Made by a program: the position numbers and the translations under genes. Below are positions 12,723 to 32,351 of a stretch of DNA of 64,000 nucleotides, piece after piece; the stretch's first letter is position 1, and every line of letters begins with the position of its first letter. Source of the stretch: Paraspadella gotoi (taxonomy: Eukaryota > Animalia > Chaetognatha); the NCBI GenBank assembly GCA_051294375.1, contig CM119263.1, forward strand, positions 10,934,703-10,998,702, read 5' to 3'. Under the pieces are notes generated by a model that saw only the letters and a program-made list of their open reading frames with translations, did not search any database and was not told where the DNA came from.

Positions 12723-13230
12723 GTCAGTTCCTCGTTTATTTTGATGCTAGTGACCACGGGCGGCGAGAGAAATGGCGGGTCCCCCTTTGGCCCCCTGGCC
12801 GGGCCCCCCCTGCTCTGCATAATTTTAGTTTTTAGTTTTCGATTACCGACTTTCTGCTTTGAGAATTGCTCCAGTGCTCAAACTTCTGCCTACTCTTCTT
12901 TTTTCTTATTTCTTTTCTTCTTCTTTTCTTTTTTTCTTCTTTCTTTCCTACTTTTTTCTCTCTACTCAGGGCCATCCCAACCCCCCTAGGGCCCGGGCCC
13001 TCCGCCTGAGGCGAATGAAACCCCCCTCTCGCCGCCCCTGCTAGTGCATTATTCTCATGCGAGTGATCCTTTTATACAATTGAAACACTTTGGAATATTA
13101 TGTCAATTTATTAATCTTGAAGACAGGAAATCAGTGAGTAAATAAACTAGGGAGAGACTTGATTGAAAGCTTGAAGGCCGTAAACCAGCATAGCCTGTCC
13201 AAAGTCTGGGACAAGATAGCTTATTTCATT
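12723..13230 (+). repeat. Dispersed repeat family A copy, interrupted by a MITE insertion
   Basis: attttgatgctagtg (12738) and tacaattgaaac...gattgaaagcttg...cctgtccaaagtc...caagatagcttattt (13075-13228) match the contiguous copy at 56900-57175. Confidence 0.7.
12755..13040. mobile_element. hAT-like MITE
   Basis: TIRs cacgggcggcgagag / ctctcgccgcccctg, GC-rich gggccc subterminal motifs, and near-perfect 8-bp flanking duplication ctagtgac / ctagtgca. Confidence 0.75.
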
Positions 13231-14483
13231 ATTGATAATTCATAAAAAAAATTTAAGCGAACAAATTTCATAATGATCCGTTTAAATTTGCCTTGGCAAT
13301 ATACAGTTTTTTTTTTTTACTTTCAAATTTTTAATTTTATTTGGTATTTTAATTTTAAAAATTTTTTAAAGAACTTTTTATTTAATATCCTTTGTATACC
13401 TGAAAGATATATTTATTAACATTATAACAAAAAAGGCCTCAATTTGCTTTGGATAATTAAAATTGAGATATTATTTGGATCTAAGTTAACCAGAGGATGG
13501 AAATTATTATTAGTTTTTCTAAATAAGATTTTATATGGTTTTGGCGTGATATCCATATAAACAATTGTTATGATTTAAAAGAGAAATTTCTTTGTTAAAC
13601 AATAAATAAACGAACTCGAATTTGATTTCTTTGTACTCTCATTGTTAAGGCAGATTATTATAAAATTAGTGAAAAAGAGTTATTTTCTTCAAGAACATAA
13701 ATCTTATAAATCTTATCGGGTCTACAAACATCAACTGTGTTCTTGCGGTGGGTTTCAAATTGTCATCTGGTGTTTCTGCTCGCCGCCTCATCATTGGACT
13801 TAGTTTTTGTGTCCACTTACAAAGCAAAGACGTAACATTTGATACTAAATTTTCACAAACCGTCCCGCTTCAAGTACCATAATATTTACTTCTGATTTTC
13901 ATTGGCATACCTAATACTTTTTTAATTTACAGTGTCCGCGATTGATTCCTAATTGTTGAATTTTATTGAATTATCGTTTTATTTTTAGTGTTATTAGTCT
14001 TGCTCAATGCTTTATCGTTTTATGCGTTAAATTGTTTGTTCATTTATTTCAGTTATAAAATATGATCAGAAAGTATATACTATACTACTATACTACACTA
14101 TACTATACTACACTACTATACAATTTTTTGAATGCGGTGAACAAATTATCACCAGACACTGCGGTTTCGAGCAATTTAGATATTTATGCTGGCAAATGTT
14201 TAAGTAACGAGGGATTGAGCTAGAATCCTTTTTCGAATGGCCCGAAAAAGTTTTAAAACCTTGATCATGACTTCGAAAAGAAACCTTGAATAAGACTAAA
14301 ACCTGAAGTCGATTAGCAAATGCTGGAGAAAACTGGTTTTTCAATTTCTATTCTTGCTTGGAATCCGCCTTCGTGGATTTTTTTTCGTTTTTGTTAAATC
14401 TACATCTCGCATTCTTATGCTTTACAGTTGGTTATTTCATTTTAAATTGTACAAAAGGTCGTCAATGTGAAAATACCACTGTG

Positions 14484-19964
<5,481 letters not shown>

Positions 19965-20679
19965 TCTCTTTGTTACGTGCTAAGCTTTTTCCAGACTTTT
20001 TTTCCGCAAAATCGATTGGATAATCGCTGTTTTCATCATGCCTATATACCATTCCCATTTATGTATATCCTGGGTCCTTATCGAATACGAGTGGCAATAG
20101 TCATAAAGTTGATCAAGTCTTTCGCAGTCGTTGGATATTACCCTATATACACTGTTATTTACTCCATAATAAATATATAACTCGAGTAAAATCTTTGTTT
20201 TTTTGTTTTTTTTTATGAAAAAAATTAGGACATAATCTATTGTTCGATTAAAGCTATCCAGTGAATTAATCTAGGCACGGCACACTCGATATCCTATGTT
20301 TTTCATATCGAATTAAAATTTACTAAAATATTTTAATATTATAAAATTAAAGGTTTGCAAACCTGTCGTGCCTGTTTCATTAAAATTTAAATCTAGCATG
20401 GTTATTAAATAAAAAAGAATCGCGATGATCTTTTGTCAGGAATTCGTTGCTCCAAAATTCTAGTGTCTCAACTCGCGCCGCTCTCTCGACGCGTCCAGAC
20501 CAGATGGAAATTTACTGCAATTATTTTCTCCACAGACTGATATTAACTGAGCAATCCAATCTACAAACACCGTTGCGTCCTATTCCACGATCTTCAAGCA
20601 TTGAATTCCCATCCACTTTCGAAATCGTTCCTTCGGATAGAATGATTGCGGTACTTGACAAGGTCGAAAAATCCAGGGC

Positions 20680-23366
20680 ATGACGGACGCGGAGACGTCG
20701 GGAAAAATCATGGAGGGAAGATATGAAGTGGCATTGCGTCGCCCAGCGACTGCCACACAATCGGAAGTGGAGACGAAAAAATCGTCCACCCCGCCGCCCT
20801 CCGAGTGGGTCTGGGACGACTCCCCCGCCGCGAGATCTGCCGCGACTGCCGTTACCGCCAAGGGTAGAGAGGTGAGCTAGTTTATTTCTTTCTTCATCGG
20901 GACATAGTATATTTAGCACCCATCGGTCTCTCTTTTTTTAAAACGCCCCCAAGAATATTCTGGTACCTTTTCTTCCCCGGCGAAGTGAGAGGTGCTACTC
21001 CAGCGAATTTAAAGGCAGTCAGTGAAGTTCGATCATCGAATAAACAATTTTTTCTCTTTCACTCTTTGATTAATTGTATCGTTGTATATTAAAATGTTTA
21101 TTCTCAAGTACCTTAATTAAATTTTCAAAGCATATATTCAGTAAAAACTAGTTAATATGTGTAAATCATGTAATCCACGATTACAAAATAAAAGTAATAC
21201 AATTGTAAGCATAATAATAATCAACGGAGACGAAGGGAACGGGCACGAAGACCACGATAGACGAAACTTATGATTTGCTTATATCCCGACTAAACGACGG
21301 GTCTCGATAACGTCAAACTCTGGATTTAACAATATTACCTTTAATCGTGACATCGACCACCTGCCAGGTTCGCTTTCACCTGGAATACAGCAGCGGAACG
21401 GCGGCCATTAGGGGCACGAAGCCCTTGATCGAGGGGCAGCACTACTGGGAGATCCTAATGCAGAGCGCCGTTTACGGAACGGACATGATGGTCGGTCTCG
21501 GAACGCCCTCCGTACAGATGGACAAATATAGGTTGGCGGCATATGCTAGGTAGCAGTAAGTGGCTACCTATTCGAAATTTTACATCTGTATTTTTATTTT
21601 GTACATGCTGGTTAAAAGTTTCATTAAATTGGCTTGTTTTCATTCTGAACTACTTCGAACGAAAGTAAATTTCATTTTGAATTCTTTCCCCAGAAATCAG
21701 TTTTGCTCGTTCTTGGGCATTGACGACGAATCTTGGGGACTTTCCTACACCGGTCGTTTATACCACGGCGGGCGGTCCCGCTCCTTTACCTCCAAATTCA
21801 GCCAAGGCACCGTCATCGGCCTTCATCTCGACATGTGGCGCGGGACCCTCACGCTTTACAAAAACCGACAAAATCTTGGCGTCGCCTACTCCGGCTTGCA
21901 GGTAGACCGTGATTAGCAAAGAATATTTTAATTTCAACATTCTAGGTCTCGTCTCTAGGATTTCCGCAATTTTATTTCATGAAAGTTGCCAGACTTCTTC
22001 AGATATCTCTTTACTGTATAAACTTTTTATATTTGAATAGTTATGCTTTACAATTGCATTATAATTACCAAAATATAATTGAAACGTTTACATTTACTAT
22101 TGGGAAAGGGTTCTTGGGAATGTTAAAAAAAGGGATCGCCAATCAGCATTAAGCACAGCAGTTGAATTAATATTTGTGCATCAATCTGTATCATTACTTG
22201 ATATGAATAAAAACACCTTAATAGTTAGTGTATAATAAATGACAATGACCTATGATCCAATTTTTAAAAATTTCTTTCTTTTCCTTATTTAACCTCAAGG
22301 GCAAGGTTCTATTCCCAATGGTCTGCTCCACAGCCGCTCGCTCCTCTATGAAGATTCTGCATGCAGTTTATTTTCCTTCGTCGCTCCAATTTCTTTGCTG
22401 CGAAACAATTCGTCGCATCATCCCCAAGCAGCTCGACGTAACTGAAGTAATGCGGATGCCACCGGGACTCAGGAGCTTTCTCCACAACAACCTCGAATGG
22501 CTCTTAAAACCATCCATCTCTTGCGATCGGGTGAGAGTGGTAAAAGAGAAAGATAAGGGAGTACTAAACATTAATGAGGGAAATGTTGACAGTCTTATTT
22601 TATTTCGGTTTAATGTTTAGGTTTTAGAATTACGAAAAGAAAAACTGGACAAAGCAAATTCCTTGATGGATCAAGTTCAAGCTACTTTAAATGAGGTCAA
22701 TGACCGTCTCAACGATCAGGTAACGTGGTACATTGTGACTGTTCGGTATTTGTCTTCTAAATATTTTTGTACCAGAGCCACCGTTATTGCCCTTAAATGT
22801 TTCAGAGTCCCAGCGACTCGTACGAAGACTCTTGCGACGCAACTCCCGACTTCGCCTTCGACGGCCAAACTCCAAACCACATTTCCGACGAGGAAACGGA
22901 ACCATGGCCGCAGCGCCCATGCCGTATCCCACTCTTCGACGATGAAAGATATTCTCCGGACATCGATCATTCCCAATTCTCTGACGAAGAGGACCAAGAG
23001 AACGATAATGAGGACGAGGATGAGGACGACAACGACGATGATCGTTACAGTCCGCGGAAAAAAATGAAAATTACGAAGCCATCGAATGAGGAGGAGGTAG
23101 AAATCGAGCTGGAACTCGAATCCCCCGCATTCGAAAAAGGTTGTCATGAGTGTTCGGTTGTGCCGTTGTGGTTGACTGGTATCTTTTTAATTCCTTGTTC
23201 TCCACTCGTAGATTCTATTAACGATGAAAAGAAGTTAAAATTCAAACATATTTGGCAAATGGAACCTGTGCCGTTGACGACTCCTTGGACAAAGACAGAT
23301 AGCGTCCAAGACGAAGCCTCGTCAGACTCGGCTCGGCCTTCCCCGCATACTGACGGTCCTTTGTGA
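20680..23366 (+). CDS. SPSB3: SPRY-domain SOCS-box protein (SPSB3-like) with a coiled-coil/acidic C-terminal extension; about 7 exons
   Basis: [18 protein letters not shown]...GQHYWEI...[55 protein letters not shown] and SOCS box [12 protein letters not shown]...MPPGLRSFL. In-phase exons continue at 22621-22719, 22806-~23139 and ~23212-23366. Confidence 0.85.
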
Positions 23367-23798
23367 ACCTCTCCTGCTCCGAATTTGTTTCATATTCTGC
23401 CACCATCCTCACAGAGAAATTTTCCAAAATAATCTCTCGCGGCAACGTTGTACTTGTATATTGTACTTCGTGGAATTTCAATTTAGCGTAATTGAGACCT
23501 AAAAGCGTTTTCTCAACACTCATTTTTTTTCTTTCATTAATCTTGTCTCGTTTTTAAGATGCCTTTGCAAATACAGATCAGAATCTAGTCTTTGTCCACT
23601 CGACTGTTTGTTCTGAGCGTTTTTTTCCTTTTCCTGCTCTTTTTTAGTAGTAGTTATCACCAGCTCAGTGGTGGTGGTTTAGCGATTCGTCGAATTGCCC
23701 CTATGTGATCAAAATGTTTGTCTCAAATAACTAACTTTTTTACAAAAATTTCAGCCTACCATTTGTTATCGAGTAAAATTAAAAGTAATGCGGTCGAG

Positions 23799-26700
23799 AT
23801 GACGTCGACAACTCAGGCCGCTGAAGCTTTTGACCTCTCCGTATCTTACGACGAACTCATGCAAACTGTCGTCTGCTCGAAGCCGTCTCCAGAACTTCAC
23901 GAGAACGCAGCGGAAGGGACGTCGCTAATTCGCTTACAAAAAGAGGGGCGTTCGGTCGAACTAGATGTTTTATCAAAGAAGCCAGATGCAGACCCCGGCC
24001 AAATTTTGTCCTCATCCACCAAAGGAGCGAGCGATGAAAGCGTCGGAATACGCGGAAACTCGTCCTCAGCAGAACCTTCGGCGTCGACACCTCCCCTTCG
24101 AGTGGCTCAGACGTCGACGCCCGAGTTGACTTCAAGGCAGCGGGATTTCGCCGAGTCGGATTCGATGAGTTTCCCCGCTCTCGAAAGAAGTGTGTTCGAA
24201 TTGGCCGAAGCTTTTCGCAAAGATGTCATGGCGAAAATGGAGGCAATGAAAGGTATGATTTTTGGTTAACAGTAATGCAATAATTACCCTTATGTACTAA
24301 TACTCGGAAAAGTTTGAGTTTAGACCGATAACGATTTTTATTTTAAAACTGAACATGTTTTGACTTTTATTTTGAAAGGCTTCTTCAGCACTTTCCAGAG
24401 GAAGATTTAGCTTGCCGTCCCATTCTCCTCTTCCTCTTCTTTCCTCCTGCCCCTTGGTATATTTTGTCTCGCGATACATTCTCTTGGTTCTACTCTTCGC
24501 GAAATATACGATTTTTTCCCTCTATTTCCTCACGCCTTCAATACCCCCCAAGCTTTCAAAGTAAAAGTCAAAACATTTCCACCGTTTTAAAATAAAAATC
24601 GTTGAATGTCTAAACTCAAACTTTTCCGAATATCAAAACACAACGAAAGAAAGGATTTCTTACAATATACAAATGCTGTAGAATAAAAGTGATTGCATTG
24701 TACATTAAGGCGGGCCAAAATTGAAAACCTTTTATAACTTCTAGTTATCTAAAAAAAATTCTTTTTTCCTTCGATTACTAAATCGATTTTCCATGCAACT
24801 TTTTGAATTAGTTCATTGGGTTGTTGCACTGAAGCTTTTAAATATTTATAAATATATAACAAATGATAAAAAAAATATTTAAAAAATTTATTTTTTAAGA
24901 ACGGATTCCTATATAGCTTGAAAAGTTAAATGAAAGTTAGTACTACAATTATTTCAAATTTTGACAATAAATTGGTTAAAAATAAAAAACCTTAAAAAAT
25001 CATCATCATCATCATTAACTGAATTTTATATTTTTTTAAAATTATCATTAATAAAGTAAAAAAAAAAAGTTGTATTAATAATCTTTATCTAACTTGAAAG
25101 CTCTATTAGAATCTATTAAAAAAAAATGCCAAAAATTTTAAACTTTATATAGTAATAAAATAATCTTTAAATGCTTCCGTGCGCTTATCAATAAGCTAAA
25201 TTTTAAAAATGATTTTCATTTTCATATTCTATAAGAGTCACTTAACCATTATTTATTTGAGAGAACTTCTAGTTGTTCACAGATTAACCTGTTCCGGCCT
25301 ATTGTACATTGTACGTTAATTCTTAAAAATTGTGAAGAGACAGTAATAATTGTTGTTATATTCAATATACGTAAGCAGTCCCTTAGCTTTGGATCAGGCT
25401 GTAACACCGTGATACAGGGTTAAGCGCCCCGTCCCTCTTAACTGCGAGACGACCACCGGGCTAGAACCCCTGACCTTTGGGTTTGGAGGCGAATGACTTG
25501 CCTCCTGCACCAATGGCCGCTGATAAACGGTTGGCGGATTTTAGTCCACCATAAATGTTTCCTGTCAGTCTCAAAAACAAAACATGAAATTTCGAATCAC
25601 ATTTTAATTAACGTCCGTGACTCACTGACTCAGCCTTGATTTATCACAGTCAGGAATTTATGACTCATCGATTCGTGCTTTCATTTCCTTTTTCAATTAT
25701 TTTTTTTTATTCCTAGATTCTCTCGCAGCGGAGCACGCTGCCGAAATGTCTCTTCTCGTGTCCAACCACGATCGACAGGTGTCTTCCCTTAGTACCGAAT
25801 TGACGCGTCAGCGAGATCTCAATGCCGCCTTTGAGAAGACTTTGCGTCGTAAGGATGAGACGATTGCTAATCTGCTCGAGTGCGTCAAACGAGAGAAAGA
25901 GCGTAACCTTCTGTCGCAAAGTTTCGTCGACTGGCGATCAAAGGTGCAGGATTCGGACAAGTTTGAGTCGCCCCAGTACAAACTGGCTAAGCGGTTCTAC
26001 CACGCAAAGCTTCGGAGAAAAGCCCTGAGCGCATGGACGCGTTTCGCGCGTGAGGGATGGCGCCGTAAGGTGGAGGAGCGGGCAGAGGAGAAGAATAAGG
26101 CGGCCGTGGCGACGGTTGAGAAAGAATGTGACGCTCGAATGTTAACGCTGCAGTCGTCGCTTAGTGCCGCCCGCGGCGAACTCGATTCCCTCCACGCGGA
26201 AAGGGACGCTCACGAAGAACGTGTAAGGGCGGCGCTCATGAGGGGAGTCTGCGCTCTTAATCTCGAGACGATGAGCGCCCTTTCGACCGGAAACAGTGTT
26301 AAGTCTTGCCCGAGCTCCGAAAGCTTTCTTATTAACGGCGGGACCTCCACGCAGGGTTCGTCATTCCGGTCACGAAATGTAGTCGAAGAAGAGACTCCGC
26401 GCACGATAATGACATTTTCCGAGTTTTCTCCATCATCACAGTCGAATCAGGATTTTTTAAACGGGGTTAGACGCGGCCCAGAACCCCTCTCCTCCACTCC
26501 GGAGACAGAGTACTCCAACGGGCCAGTGCCGCGACCATTAAAAACGTCACTTGATTTTCTCAACCGCGAAAACGAGACGCCTGGCAGGTCGTCGACAAAC
26601 GTTTCCACCGCGACCTTTAGCGTACCGAATCACAATCGTCATCAGCATCAAAACGGAACGAGTCTCCCCTCTCGAGGGTGGCAGCAGCATCCGCAGTCGT

Positions 26701-26819
26701 CATCCCGGCGCAGTTGCGGCGTCAATCCCCTCGCCGCTGGTGGGAGAGAGAAAGGAGCCCAAGTCAAGACGCTTCCTCATAACACGATCGTCATTGAAAG
26801 ACACGTTCAGCGATCCTAA
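23799..26819 (+). CDS. POC5: Centriolar protein POC5; exons 23799-24252 and 25717-26819
   Basis: Centrin-binding-type repeats (LLSQSFVDWR; RRKALSAWTR), coiled coil and the POC5 signature ALMRGVCALNLETMSAL. The phase-1 intron joins the two exons in frame. Confidence 0.8.
24300..24633. mobile_element. MITE/inverted-repeat element in the POC5 intron
   Basis: tcggaaaagtttgagtttagac...acgatttttattttaaaac...ttttgacttttattttgaaag is inverted relative to ctttcaaagtaaaagtcaaaac...ttttaaaataaaaatcgtt...gtctaaactcaaacttttccga. Confidence 0.75.
25371..25520 (-). mobile_element. tRNA-derived SINE (or tRNA pseudogene)
   Basis: The minus strand reads gcggccattggtgcaggagg (A-box-like) ... ggttctagccc (B-box-like) ... 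tggtcgt. The acceptor stem pairs but the anticodon and T arms are degenerate, and ~80 nt of non-tRNA body follows. Confidence 0.55.
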
Positions 26820-27056
26820 CATCCATTCTATTAGTATTTTAGTATTTATAGTTACACCCCCAGCACAAACATTGTTTTACAATCATATTTTTTCTCAAGC
26901 GCTATTTTTAAATTGTTAAATACGATTAAAATTATTTTTAGAAAGAGCACGTGAAATCAAAGCCGTCCTCCTATTACTTTCTATTAAATTTTTTACCGCC
27001 CCATTCACTGTTTTTAGATTTTATCCCCAGCGTCGTATTTTCGGTGAATTGGATAA

Positions 27057-28599
<1,543 letters not shown>

Positions 28600-28842
28600 C
28601 TTAGGAAAATAAAAAACAAATCATTATCTTGGGATGAAATTTGGCCTTTCTATCTTATCATATGATGATTGTAATGAATCAACCTTGTTGTATTCGAATA
28701 AAATCGCATATATAAATTGGCCTAATGATTGTGATAAAGAAAATTACATATTGTTATATTTTGTATTTTTGTTTATTATTTCGAAGTTTTTTAGGTTTTT
28801 AAACATAATTCTCGGGAAAGAAGTACCCAAAAAAAACTAAAC

Positions 28843-30590
28843 ATGTATCACTCTTCGATCGAGATCCCGCCGGAGACGTTCGTCTACGCGTGGATCCCTT
28901 TCGCAGTCGTCGTTGTCGGTGTTTTTCTCTTCGCTCTTTTCGTCGTCTCACTTTACAAAGATCGACGTGATTCGGCGATTTCGGCAACGATCTGTTCCTC
29001 TCTAGGAGTCGGCGTTGCTCTCCTCTTGGCATCCCTTGCACCCGTCGACATCTTCCTTGTTTCCTTTATGAAGAACCCCGACGGTGGGTTCAAGGATTGG
29101 GTGAAGGACAATGCGACCCGCGTGGAGGTCGAGGCCGCCGTCTCCTACGCCTACGTCGTCCTCTTTGTCTCCATCCTTCTTTTCCTATTTTTCGTCCTTC
29201 CCTTTGTCTACTTTTTCTACGAAGAAAATGATGACGAGGTCTCCACCGGCTCACGCTGCTGCACGGCCTTCAAGTATTCGCTCGTTTCGGTTGCGCTGGC
29301 GGTGGTGCTTCTACTCACCGGCGCCTTTCTCCCGATGCGCGGTCCTCCGAGCAACGCGACGTCGTGGGAAAAGAAGCTGGAGTTTCTTGTCGACGAATTA
29401 GGACAGAACCGCGGAGAGGACACCCTCGCCTTCTCCGTCAACATTATCACCATACTGGGTACGGTGTCGTTAGTGATCTACACCGCGTTCGGGATGAGCG
29501 CTATGCCTATGGATTTGATCAAGGGTCGCCAAGATCCCCGATCAGAGTTGGAGGAGGTCAAGAGAAAGAAGCGGGGCTTGCTGGATCGAGCTAAGGACAT
29601 CAGAGACAAGTACTTCGATGGACGAAATATGGGGTCGCGCGATCAGCGGCGCCTTCGCGAAATTGAAGAAAACGAGGCGCTTTTGGAGGCACGCGAGAGG
29701 CAGCTCGCATCGCGTGTGGACGGGTGCCTGCGGTCTTGCATCCGTTGTTGCCGCCCATTTCGGGTCGCCTTTGGGATAATTTTTCTGTTGATTTCGGCGA
29801 CCCTCTTTGCCTCCCTTCTCATCGGCAACGTGGACAAGGCGCTCAATTCCCTAGGACCTCGCATGGGGTACGCACTTCCTCAGCGCACTTTGCCTAATCC
29901 CGTCGATGTCCTGTTGCAATACGCACAGGCCATCTTTCCTCTGGATTACATCATCATTTTGATAATCGTCGTTTTTCTCTTTCTCTGCTCCGTTGCGGGC
30001 ATCAGAGAGATTGGCGTCTGGTGTCTTTGCTTCCGAGCCTACAAGGTAGCAAATATTTTGAAAATAAGTATTTTAAATGATTTAAATGGCTTAAAAATTT
30101 ATCAAACCCCTAGGTGCGTCCGAGAAACACCAAACCGCAGGCGCTGTTGTTTCTCGCTTATCTGCTAATGTACATCGTCTTGGGCATCAATATCCTGCTT
30201 TATTTCATGGCGCCTATGTACGCCATGTACGGGAACCAGTTTTATGTCCCTGACGACTCCAACCAAACAACAACGACATCAAACCGGACGCACCCCGTAA
30301 GATGTACTACCGACGCGCCGCCAGACCAATGCATTTTGACCCGTATGGGAGTATTTCTAAGTCGTTACTTTTTCAAAACGTGGTTTTTCGGCGCCTGCTA
30401 CTACTGGGCGGTCTGGGTCTTTTGTGCAGTCTTCGTTATCGGCTTCGGCTTCTCGCTTCTTCGGCCGCGCAAGTCCGCCATCAGCGGCCTCGTCGACAGC
30501 GAGGATTTTGAAGAGTCGGAGGATGAAGGGGAAGGGAGGAGAAGATCTAGACGCGGGAATGACGACGACGTCGACATGTTGCAAGGATAA
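28843..30590 (+). CDS. LMBRD1: Lysosomal cobalamin transport escort protein LMBD1; exons 28843-30045 and ~30114-30590
   Basis: Multi-pass membrane protein with APVDIFLVSFMKNPDG, LPFVYFFYEE, YTAFGMSAMP, LPNPVD...FPLDY, YGNQFY and C...APPDQCILTR motifs. Confidence 0.92.
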
Positions 30591-31883
30591 ACTGTGGTGT
30601 CGTTCTGCAAATTCCCTTTCTTTGTCTAATACAGTATTGTCATGGACGATTCTGCTTTTTATTTTATTCTGCATGATATTGCATATTTCTTATATTATTC
30701 ATATGGTCAAGGGTCATTTAAAATATTTCTTGTTCACTTTTGACTTTTTGTTTGTATTTATTAATCTGTGATATATGTGAAGCGTAACTTTTGTTAGATG
30801 CTTAAAGTTTGCCGTTTGTAAATCTGTAATAAATTGTTTCTTTGAAGCTTTTGTAAACATCGTATACTTCACTGCTGTTTTACATGAAATGCAATTGTAC
30901 AAACTTCAAAAAATACTATATTAATTTTCTGTCTTAAGAATCGCATAGAAAACAATTAGATCGAAAGCAAGTTTTATTGAGAATAAGAAATATAAAATCT
31001 GTCGCAGTGTACATGATACCTATATTTCAAGTTTTAAATATGTTGTATAATGTATAATTAAGTTGTGAGAGAAGACTTATAGAAAGGAAAAAGTTCTATA
31101 AAAATTATGATGAATATTTTGTCATTTTTTAAAACATTCTCTGCTCTTGCTATCAAAGAAATAAGATGGCTGATAAAATCATACATAGAAAAAATACTTT
31201 CTAAGCTAAAGTGGAAGATGAATTGCCTCAGTAACTCACGCTTTGATAGAAATTACTTGTTAATTCATGTATACCTGTATAGCTACGAAATATCTGTGCA
31301 TTGCTTTTTAAAAATTTTTGAATAATAAACTTAACAATTCAAAAATCGAGTTGATCTTTTGTCGATCTTGCTTTTGAGTTCTCACTTGTTTTGAGAGCAT
31401 TCTGCCATTTGATAACAACGCCCAGACAAGTCGAGCTTCGTGCTAAAAGTGTTGAGTAATAAGTCACTTAAGCAAATAAGGATTCACCGTCCTCGTTTTC
31501 AAAGCCTAAAAATGTTTAATTTAAATTTTTGCAACATAAATCTTTTTCTTGGCCAGAATTATATTCAATATTTTCGCATAAATGGGTGCTTCCGGTAGCA
31601 TCGCCGACTTAACTGTGCTACTCAACAATTATAAACATTTTATTTCATCATCATCATCATTCATTCCCACGGGAGAAAAGATAAACATTTTTACTTTGCA
31701 AACAATTACATACTTCCGATTCCGTCTTCAGATAGAATCTCTAATCTTTTAGTTTTGCACTCGCCAATGTTTTCAAAGATCTCAATTTTTTGCGTGCTAC
31801 AATTGATAACCAAAAGGTAATTGTTGAAACAAAGCTGTAAATAATATGATATAAAATATATATGTATATATATATAATATTCA

Positions 31884-32117
31884 TACAATTGAAACATTCT
31901 TTGAAATATTATGCCAATTCATTGATAGGGAAGCCAGGTATAAGCCAGTGAGACAGAGAGAGTCTTGATTGAAAGCTTGCAGGGGCCTGCGATGTCATTA
32001 TCTTGTAAGAGTGATGGAGGCCTTACACCATAAAAACCTGTCCTAAGTCAAGGGCAAGATAGCCGCTTATTTATTAAATGAATGGATAATTTTATATTGG
32101 TTGTACCAATTTCATAA
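31884..32117 (+). repeat. Dispersed repeat family A copy
   Basis: Matches 56978-57218 and the reverse complement of 3896-4045. A short inverted copy of its end lies at ~32182-32208. Confidence 0.88.
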
Positions 32118-32351
32118 ATTAAAGCTTATATTTTTATGATTTACTTCCCATAAAGACTTCTCTAAGATCGAATTGACCATACTTATGAAATTGGTACAAC
32201 CAATATAATTTAATTTAATACAATTTAATAAATTGATTAGGAGCGAAAAAAAATTAATCATTTATTATTATCGGGACTTCAGATGACGTGATGATGGAGC
32301 GTGAGAAATCAAATTAAAACCTATACGTTTTGGTTTTCGTCAGTCTTTCAC

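Noticed and set aside
25445-25520. Functional tRNA gene
   Set aside because: The anticodon and T stems do not pair properly and a non-tRNA body follows, so it is better read as a SINE head.
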